From: a virus
Taxonomy: Duplodnaviria; Caudoviricetes
Length of the DNA stretch: 59,215 bases
IMG/VR virus record: IMGVR_UViG_3300021961_000106
Location: 1 to 59,215 of that record
Direction: 5' to 3' (one strand)
The notes beneath the pieces are model-generated. The model ran no database searches, was not told the origin of the DNA, and saw nothing but the letters and a program-made list of their open reading frames with translations. This document shows, piece after piece, positions 25,801 to 36,100 of this stretch. A program made the translations under genes and the position numbers. Positions within the stretch are counted from its first letter, which is position 1; the number at the start of each line of letters is the position of its first letter.

Positions 25801-25971
25801 ATGAACGGTAAAATACTATATATCAATATATTGATGGATAAGCTCAATGATCTTATGATCGAGCTATATGAAGAAATGGCAGATGAGGAGGACAAGAAAG
25901 TTGTCAAAATCTGTGAAAAAATCCAAGACATAATTCGCCAGATAAAGTCTGATCATAGCGAAGAAGTCTAA
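25801..25971 (+). CDS. Hypothetical 56-aa helical protein
   Basis: Manual read MNGKILYINILMDKLNDLMIELYEEM... Confidence 0.55.
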   Translation: MNGKILYINILMDKLNDLMIELYEEMADEEDKKVVKICEKIQDIIRQIKSDHSEEV

Positions 25972-25984
25972 AAATCAAATAAAC

Positions 25985-27103
25985 ATGTCAAATTACAAAC
26001 AGGAAGCGTTCGAAATGTACCAAGCTGGGTACGGATCGAAGGCCGAAATTGCGAGGGCTCTTAAGAACAAGTACTCTCTGTCAACACCACAAGATACGCT
26101 TCGTAGAAGCATCTCTAAGTACATCCACAAGCAAGAAAGCCGCGGCCTCCAGGAGGAGTGCGAGAAGGTTGGGCTGCCAATGGACAATGTATCTCACTAC
26201 TGGTATAAGGGCAAGCATTACTCGATCAATGTAAAGGGCTCCAATATGCCATCATGGGAAGACGTCAAGGAGGACATGATCTCCGAGATGAAATCACACG
26301 CTTACAATTATGAAAGAATTCAATACCCCAAACAAACCAACGGTCACCTTCTTGTCGTTGATCCGGCGGATGTACACATCGGCAAACTGGCCAGCGCTAT
26401 GGAGACTGGCGAGGCTTACGATTCTCAAACAGCTGTGGCTCGTGTCATTGAAGGTGTCCACGGCATTCTCGAAAAAGCAGAAGGGTTCAAAGTAGACCAA
26501 ATCTTGTTCGTTGGAGGCAATGATATTTTACACATTGACACTCCTAAGCGAATGACTACGAGCGGCACTCCACAGGACACTGATGGCATGTGGTATGAGA
26601 ACTTCTTGACTGCCAAGAAGTTATATGTGCACGTGCTTGAGTTATTGATGGAGAAAGCCCCAGTACACTTCTGCTTTAACCCATCAAACCATGACTATAC
26701 CAATGGCTTCTTTTTGGCTGATGTGATCCAGAGTTGGTTCCACAACTGCGAGGCTATGACATTTGATTGTAGCATTGCACACAGAAAGTACTACCGGTAC
26801 TTTAATAACTTGATTGGTACTACTCACGGTGACGGAGCAAAGCCACAAGATCTTCCACTGCTAATGGCTCAAGAGGCGGCAGCTGATTGGGCTGACACTA
26901 AGCATCGATATGTGTACACACACCACGTCCACCACAAGGTGGCGAAGGACTTCATTGGCGTTACGGTAGAGAGCCTTCGCTCTCCATCAGGGACTGACAG
27001 CTGGCACCATCGCAATGGATACCAGCACAACCCAAAGGCTATTGAAGGTTTCTTGCATTCAAAAGAACATGGGCAAGTCGCAAGACTCACCCATATATTC
27101 TGA
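25985..27103 (+). CDS. Calcineurin-like metallophosphoesterase with N-terminal HTH-like region
   Basis: D.H.G, GND..H.D, SNHD, HGD and H.HH motifs. Confidence 0.85.
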   Translation: MSNYKQEAFEMYQAGYGSKAEIARALKNKYSLSTPQDTLRRSISKYIHKQESRGLQEECEKVGLPMDNVSHYWYKGKHYSINVKGSNMPSWEDVKEDMISEMKSHAYNYERIQYPKQTNGHLLVVDPADVHIGKLASAMETGEAYDSQTAVARVIEGVHGILEKAEGFKVDQILFVGGNDILHIDTPKRMTTSGTPQDTDGMWYENFLTAKKLYVHVLELLMEKAPVHFCFNPSNHDYTNGFFLADVIQSWFHNCEAMTFDCSIAHRKYYRYFNNLIGTTHGDGAKPQDLPLLMAQEAAADWADTKHRYVYTHHVHHKVAKDFIGVTVESLRSPSGTDSWHHRNGYQHNPKAIEGFLHSKEHGQVARLTHIF

Positions 27104-27108
27104 CGGAG

Positions 27109-27131
27109 AGGGCCCCTATGGGCCCTTTTTT
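27109..27131 (+). terminator. Terminator at the convergence of the two arms
   Basis: AGGGCCC-CTAT-GGGCCCT-TTTTT. Confidence 0.7.
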
Positions 27132-30100
27132 ATTCTCCTTTTGTTATCTCGGCCTTCTTTACTTTGGCCTGAATAACTCCGCCTGATTGGGACTCGGATT
27201 TTCCTTTTTCTAAATCCTTATATAGATCTTTTATTAGAATCCTACGTAAATCTTTGTAAAGAGGAACAAATCCAAGGTTGCCCATTATTTCGAGTGGCGT
27301 TCTTGTTGTTAGTTCTTTCATTCTTCGTTCTCTAGCTTCCTCTGTCTTTAAGTCTGTCTTAGATGCTACCTCGATTGCTCTCGATACAGCAGAAAATGCT
27401 GGAGAAAACGCGCCGGAGAATGTCTTAATATATTGAAGTATATCGCCTTGGTCTCTCTTTTCCTTGGGAATAACTGTGTACTGAATGGCGTCTTTGTAAG
27501 GATCATACTCTCCTGTGCGCATAGAGTCTAGGTATTTTTCATTGAACTTTTCTACGGCTATGTTTATTGGAGCCTTTACTACGTTTCCAAAGTTTCTTCC
27601 CAACAAAAGACCAGTAAGTGCCGATGCTGATGCTTGCGCCATGTCTTGCAATAGCGTGTCGTCATCTTCTTCTTCATCACCAAACAAAGAAGACAACAAC
27701 AATTTAACCAGCTGCGTAGACATAAAGCTATACATAATCATCCTTGATAAGCTTGCTCCTATAATAGCAGCACCTTGTGCTCGTGAAATCTTTCCTTCAC
27801 CCATCAATGCATACACTCCTGTCCTAGCTGTAGAATATTCGTATATCAAGAATCTTGTCATGAAGTTATTGTATTTATTAAAAGCTTGTCTCAAGAAACC
27901 CTGATTCGCAGTGTTAGCGCCCTTCAAGATTCCAGTAAATGGGTTATCTGAAGCACCAACTCGAACGCTTGTTTCGTCAGCCTTTGCGCTTGCTTGTCTA
28001 ATTGCGTCACGGTATTTTGTCAGATAAACCTCATCCCCTTTTGCTATCTTGTTGAAGTCTACGTCTATACCTGTCTGAGCCTTGAACTCTCTAGCAAATG
28101 AGCCAAACCATAATGGTTTCATTACAATTTTATCTGGCGTAGAGATTAAGTAGTCTGACGTCGTTTCTGCTACGTTCTTTACTTTCTTTAGGGAGTTATT
28201 GTATATAATACTAGATGCGTTTGCTACGTCATTTAATGAGCGACCAGCTTTTATTCCGGATGCTTGAGACATCGTTTCTTTATCGATAATCTTACCAGAT
28301 AGTTTACTACCTGGATATAGTCTTTCGATTTGCTCTGAGTTAACATTGCGCATCACATCAAGGCCGTCTTGAGACATTACGATATTCGAATACCCCATGC
28401 CATCAATAAATGATTTTGGATCATATAGTGCTACAAATGATAGGTTAGACGCAAGTTCAGCAAATGCCCTTGGCACACTAGCAAGCATGGCTCTATAGCC
28501 AGTTTTTTCTACGTAGCTAATAGCATCTTCAACAAAGCTAGTCTCTGTATATGAGTTAGCAAGTACGTTTGAAAGTGACTGCTCAAGGACTCTTGATATT
28601 GCGTTTACAATCTTCTTAGCTTCTCCTTTAGTATTGGTTTTTGCGTAGTTAAGAGTTCTCCTTGCCGTACGAATTGGTTCAGTCAAATGGTAATCCATCA
28701 ACAAATACTTTGCCCCACGAACAGTAGAAGAGAAAGGATCAAACACCAAAGGCGTAACCTTGCCTGTGCGCTCCTCTAAGCTTTTAGCCTTAGTAGAAGG
28801 TTTCATTGACGCATTAAATAGGTCAGCGATATTTAGATCCGTCACATCATCAATAGCAGATTTTTCCATCAGCACATTGTGGTGTATGTATTTATTTATT
28901 GATCCAACCTTTCTTCCACGGATAATAGCAGAGGTAAACGAAACCTTATCGCTCATCGAGTCATTGATCTTGGTGATCATCTCAATCGCCCTTTTCTCAG
29001 CCTTATTAAATGTTTCGTATACTGCATCGAGATCAATTTCTTCCTCTGCAAAGAATTTATTACGGATGTCCTTTAGGTTTTGGATATCTTTTTTGCTGTA
29101 TGTGTTTTGGTCATTCTCTTCTGCATAGTTAATGGTCTCATCAAGGAATGCCTTTGCAGAATTGACAGCTTTATCTCCAATGTTTGACTGGTACTCTCGC
29201 TGAAGCATAAACGCCATCATCTTCTGCTTTGAGTATTGAGTCTTGTTTGGGTTGTTCAAGTAAGACTTAGCTACATCAGAAAGTGCCTTGTCTAGGTTTG
29301 ACATAATTGTATTTATATCACCTTGATACTTACTATACGCCTGAGAGACTGGCTTGAATATAGAATTAAATATTGGTCTTGTGTTGAAGTTTCCAAATAA
29401 CTCATCAATAAAGAAAAGAGGGTTTCGCTCAATTGCCTTTACTAATGCACTATTTTCTTTGCCAAATAGAACTTTCATTCTAGATATAACACCTTCAAAA
29501 GGAAGTTTCTTGGCGTTTTTGGCTGCATTGGCAAGCTCTTCTCCACGGTTATACTGGTTCATCTTTTCTTTGATGATCTGTGCATAGTGTGGCAAGAAGC
29601 CATTTTCTATGTTGTCAAGTACGCCTAGTAAATCCTTAAGCTCCTTATTACTCATCTTGTCGATAGCGCCTGTCTTAATGAGCTCATAAATACTTCTAGC
29701 CAAATTACGCTCATCTACGGTTGGAAGCTGAGAGAATATAGGCGTATAAGACTTTACTTGATCAACAAGCTCTAAGCGCTCTTCTTCGATCTCTTCTTCT
29801 GATCTTGGATCTTTTTTGGTTCTCTCCATGATCAATGACTTGTACTTTTTAAGAAGCTCTCCATCTTCTGGAGAGATTGATCCATCGGCTACCATTTTGC
29901 TTATGGTCTCAGAGTACATCAATTTTCCATCTTTGTCTACCTCTTTGTCTTGGTAATTGCTGAATACTTCCTCTAGTGCCTTGACTCGCTCTATTTCACC
30001 CTCTACTGAAGATAGTATGTTTTTTGCCTTGTTTGTTACAATATCTATATCGGTAAGCCCAAGAACAGTTCTACGCTCAGAGAACGTCTCAACAAGCTCA

Positions 30101-33100
30101 GCGTAGTCATTAAACACATTCTTTGGAATCGTATAGGCGTTTAGCGAGAATACTTTTTGCAATAATGGAGAAAGGCCATCTGCGATACCAATCTTTGTTG
30201 CTGCGTTACGCTTTGCTATTTTAAGGCTGTTGTTAAGTTTGTAGGCTCTCTCAGCAAACTCGGCATTCTTCATCACCCTTTCTAGATAGTCAATGAAGCT
30301 TCTAACACTTTCAGCATCTACCAATTTTACTTTTGAAGCTTTGTTGAGTATAGCTCGCATCTGGAAAGCGGTAATTTTACCACTTGTTTTAAGCCTCATG
30401 GCTTCCTTTCCAATGCCACGAAGCATGCTCTGCATAAAGTCCTCTGCATATTTTGCAGCCTTAGCTCTTTCTGCAATGAGATTTGTATTTGTAGTAAGGA
30501 TTTTATCCTCTGGCTTTATGCCTAACACACGATGAACTCTAGGTGCTGACTTGATGCGCTCACCAAGTTCTTTCTTGATATCACGTACCATCTGCTCACG
30601 CTGAGAGTCGTTGGCGATCTCGTACACCTTGCTTGTCTGAAGATATCCTATAGCGTCTTCAAGTATTCTGGCTTTGTTTGCCCCTCTCTCTTTTGCCTTT
30701 TCAATAACTCCATCAAGGTTTTCCCGCATGCGGTCGTAACCAGGAAGATCTTTGTAGTTGATCTTCTGAGAGCGAGCGGTGATTGTAGTGGCTGACTCAA
30801 CGGCAGATACAAGGTTTGGATTTTCTCCGGTTTCTTTTGCAATAATATATGCTCTTGCAACTTGGTTAGACAATACTTGCTTCTTGTTTTTTGGAGTGCC
30901 ATCTTGATTAAATCCATATGCATCAAAATCAAATGGAGAAACCCTTGGTAAATCGGTGGATCCGGATTTCTCATTAATCTTAGCCACTTCTTTATCGGTA
31001 AGCACTCTATTGACTTTCATTTCGCCAGATATAATCCAGCTTCCTGTCATATTTGAATTTGTCTTATACTTATAATTACCAAGAGCTGGTAACTGGTCGG
31101 TTATATGGGCAGTCCTAGGTATAATTTTACCGTCTTTTGTCTTTTCTGCTCTATTATTAGCTTCTGTTTGCCAGTCAAAATCATCACCAACTTCAACTTC
31201 AGCCCATACCTGATCGCTATCTCTTAATGTTGGAGCTTTGTCGCTTGGATTTTTCTTTGATCCAATATGTGTAGCAATTGCGAACTCTCCAGAATGCCAG
31301 CCTGGCCTATAGGCCAATGGTCCAAGAGTTGACTTAACCATAGTCTTTCCTTCTTTTGTTGTGGTCAATTCGCCAGCCTTTGCAGCAATCCAATCTCCAG
31401 TTGTAACAGATTCATTAGCCCCAACAAAAAGTGGAAATAATTCTCCAGGAAATCCCTTCTTTACTTTAAATAATTTGTAGGCTTTTTGTGTTTTATTAGG
31501 TGCTTTTACATCTTTATGAATTAAATCTTTTAAAGATTCAAGTTCATTGTTGTCTAGATTGTTTAATGACGATGAAAGCGCCTTGACCTCAGATGGATTT
31601 ATTTTTTGTGACCTAGCGCTTAATTCTATTTCTCCATCTTGAATACCAAAGTTATCATTGAGCGTTTCAATTTCCTCGGTAGTAAGTTTTACTTCTTTCT
31701 TCTTGGCGGCGCCCGATGTGTCGGTATTTCGTTCTTGAGCGTTATCGATGCCATCTTTGAACTCTTTTACAGAAGAGCCGTATTTGTCGCCCATTGCTCC
31801 ATCCGTTTCTATGTCAGATCCCTCAAGCACAGACAAGTCTCCAGCTTTTAGTTGTTCTAAAGAAAACACCCCGTCATTTACTCTATTAACGAGTCTATTG
31901 GCAGATGATGAATATGTTGCGTCCTCCCTTTGTTTGACCCCTAGATGTCCAAACAGATTTTTCTCATAAATCCACAATATTGCTTGAATGTCTGATACGG
32001 ATAATTTTTGTCCAGACTCTTTAGCTATTTTATCTCTGGCGGCTTCAAATGCCTTTTTTGTAAAGCTTCTAAAGTCCTTTGCATATTGTTTTTTATTTGA
32101 AACACCAGACTCTATGCCTTCAGATATGTCATTAACAACTCCTTGCGCCTTCTTCCATATTTGATCGCCTTTTCTATATGGCTTCAAGGCCTCGTTTCTT
32201 TCGGCCTTTGCAATTCCTTTGTATTTACCACGGCCCCCAAGAATTGCCTGGAATAGTTTTGAATGCTCTTGCGCTAAGGTTAATGCATCTGAATATGACA
32301 CACCATCTATGCCATTGGCTTCTTTAAAATCTTGCATTTCATTTTCAGAAACCTTAGACCTCATATCGCCCTTATACCGATATATGGTTCTAATACACCA
32401 TCTATCAATGGTAGGCGTTCCGTCTAGCCCAGATAGGTTAGAATAAAACGCTCCAATCTTAGGCCCAAATATTAAAACGGACATTGGCAACATTTCATTG
32501 CTATTCCACTCTGGGTCTGTTGCTAAGTTCTGTGACTTCGCCTGTGCATAACTGCTAAGACCAAATTCTTTTAATAGGGTTTTGCTTAAATTTGATACCG
32601 TGTCAATTTGCTGTAAGAACTCGGCTGTTTTTACAGGATCATTATTAAATTTCTTTAATATATTATTGTACCTATCTATACCAGATGCAATAGCGCTTGC
32701 ACCTTTGCCTGTTCCAACATCTGTAGGTACTTTCCTAGTTTTCTTAAACTGATCTATTCCATATATTACCCTGGTTAGATTTTCATATACGGCTGTTGAG
32801 TTTGAAGCAACAGCGATAATAGCAGTGGCGGCTTCCTTTATGGCTGGGTTATTTTTTATATCTGAATCCAGTTTTGAAAGGATGTCAAGTGCTTTTGCAT
32901 AGTCTTCCGTATACCATCCTTTTCCAGAATCAGAGCCAAATTTTGACATCGCAAACAATATCTCATTCTTGGCATAGTCAGATACAATATCCACTGCATT
33001 GTCAGAAAAATCAGTAATTCCTAGTGAGCCGTATGTTTTTTCATAATACTCATTCATTGCAGAGGCAATGTCATAGTTTGTTACCTTTGATTTCCCTGTC

Positions 33101-36100
33101 TTTGGGTTTATTGTTCCAACCTGTATTCCAAGTTTTTCCATTGCGCCATCAAAGGCATCGATAACTTGTTTTCTAGCTGTAATGTCTTCTTCAGTAGCGC
33201 CTTGTTCTTTCTCTTCAAAGAACTGCTCAACTGTCTCGCCTTTTGACACCTTTTCAGAGATGGTCACCATGAAGTCAATGATGTTCTCTGGTGTGGCATC
33301 CTTTAAGAATACCTCTTTGCCAGTCAGCTCAAGAGCAAATTTGTTGATAATGTCCTTGATCTTTTCAAGCAGAGTCTTTTCTTGCTGCGTTAGGTTTTTA
33401 GGATCAAGACCACCCTCTACCAACATGCCACCAAACTCAGCCATGTACTCACGGAACATAGCCTCTGTGCCCTGATCAGCATATTCGTTTGAGAACTTTG
33501 TAAGAGCCTCCGCTACATCTTCGTATCCAGATACCTTCAGCTGGGCATCTATGGCCTTTCTAAACTCTGCAAACTTTTCTGGGTTTTGCCCAAACGCATC
33601 GTTCAGCATCACTTCCCAGGCCTCATGACCAGCTGTGCGGTTATTGGCCTGTGTCTTGTTGATTACAATAGCAATTGGCTTTGCTCCTGCAAACAGGGCC
33701 TGACCACGGACATTTGTGAAGCCATCGGCTACCGCTTGGGCTTTTTCTGCTCCATACCTAGGAGTCAATGCCTCTACAATGCGAGCCTTCGTGTCTTGCA
33801 GCTTATCCCCAACAATAAACTCAACCTCTGGGAATGCAACGCCAAGAGCGGTAGACGCTGCGTCGATGCTCTGCTTAACTTCAGATGGGGTTGATGTTAC
33901 TGTTATTTGCTCTACAGCAGGAGCTTCTTGAAGAGCCCTTGCTTGCTCTACAAAAGAGTCACGATAGGCCATAGCCTTGTCGTAATTATCAAAAGTCTTC
34001 TCCTCAATATCAAGCTGGTTGTTTGGATCATACACCATGGCTACAACATCGGGTGTGCCATGTACTTCTTTGTTCCATCCTTTTGGAGCAAACTCTTCAG
34101 CAAACTCCATTCTTGAAGCAATCCTAAAACCGTTTTTCTTGTATACTTTTGTTAGGTACGTATCAAAGTTGTCTAGCTTGATACCACCATTTTTTACAGC
34201 CTCTTTCAAGACGTCATCTGCCACTCCTTTTCGAGTAGTTTCTGGAGTCTTAAACACGCCCTTAATGTCGCCTTCTGGAGATACAAATCCATAGCCGCCA
34301 TCAACAGATACTATAGTACCACTCTTTGCTGTTTCGAGTTCAACTGGATCTACGCTCCAGTAAAGTGTTGGGTCAGACACTTTTGTACGGTCGAGCTCCT
34401 GTACGTAAAACTCGGGCGTTACTTCTTCGACTTTACCTTCTTCGATAACGACTTTAGGTTTTGTTTCTGTTTTTGTTTCTCCATTCTTTTTCAGGATAGG
34501 CAAATCTATCTTTACGACGTTTCCATCTTGTCGTATGTTACTTTCATTTAGTCCAAGTTTTTGAATATATGGCAATACAGCTTCTTTGACTTTGTTAAAT
34601 TGCTCATCATTATATACCCCTACTGGTGAAAATTTATCAGAAGGAATGGGTACTCCTAAATCATTAACTATAGAGGCTCCATTAATACGCACTTCAGTTG
34701 TTTCTACATTCCCATTTTCGTCGTATTGCAATTCATATCCTCTATCTAATTGTTGATTCCAAAACCTAAGTCCATCTGTAGATATGCTTGTTTTTTCTGT
34801 GTATTCGTGTCCAATGGGGAGCATTGACTGGACGCCAGCCAACATTATTTTTAAATTCTCTTTGTTTCTAGATGCATTCTCTAGTTTTGAGCTCCATTTA
34901 TTAGTTGGTTTCCCGTCTTCATAAAGACGATAGAATCCTACAAAATTACCAGCTGAAGTTCCTGTTACAACCACATCAATAGAGCCTGTTTCTGGGTTTG
35001 CATATTTTACAAATTCAATTCCATTGTTTTTTGCATAATCAACAGGAACTGCATCAATGTTGCTTTTGCCTAGTGCTCTAGAGAATTTACCAGCTGTGAG
35101 AAAAGTTTTTTGTTCTATCTTAGATTCTGTTTCTTTTCTTCTGTCTTCTATCTCATTTACTGGGATTATGTTTTCTTCGACTTTACCTTCTTCGGTAACG
35201 ACTTCAGGTTTTGTTTCGGGTGCTCCTTCCGCCATTTCTTCGCCAACTCGGGCTTCTGGCTGAACAGGAACTTCACTTGTTGTTTGCTTTTGAACGGCAT
35301 TGTTTTTTACTCTTTGAACTAGTTCTTGTCTTTTGTTTATTAATGAAATAGCGCTTGACTTAAGATTCTCAAGTGCAATTTTCTTTGCATCTTCACTCAT
35401 TGTAGTGCTAGCTTTAATAGCATCGGCATCTGCAATGTTTTTATTTAGTTTTGACTTTATCTCAAGCATTTCAACAATGTCTTGATTAGTCATATTGTCA
35501 ACGAAATCAGAAGCTCCTTGAAGAACTTCTTCTCTCTTTAATACAATTGATCGTGCTGCAAATGACAAAGCAGCCAACTCTGCTGGATCATTTGTGCTAG
35601 TCATAGCACCTTGTAGACTCGCTAGTTGTTGGTTTGACTCGCGAAGCCAGTTTGTAGCTTCTTTGGTCATTGCGCTAACCTCAAGATATGGCTTTACCTT
35701 TTCTTTATATGCGGATATTGACAGTGATGGAGCCGACATTCCCCCTCCGCTAAAAGCACCAATGAGTGCGGCATCAAAAACACGCTCAGAGAATTGTTGT
35801 AAAGTGATTGGCTTGCCTAAAACTAAAGCGTCTGCACCTTCTTGGACAACAGATGTAAGCCCTTCTGTCGTTCCCTCTAGTCCAACTGCGCTAATAAATT
35901 CGCCAGCTATATTTTCGGAAATCTGTTTAGACGCAATTGAATTTCCTATAGACGCTCTGGCTAATCTATTCATACCAGCCGATCCAACCCCTTCTAGAAC
36001 GCCTTCTGCAAGACCATTAATAACGGCCGTGCCAAGCAATTCTTTAGATATTGTATTCCCTTCCTTCAGTTCTTGGTCTATCTTGTTTACAGCCGTTACT

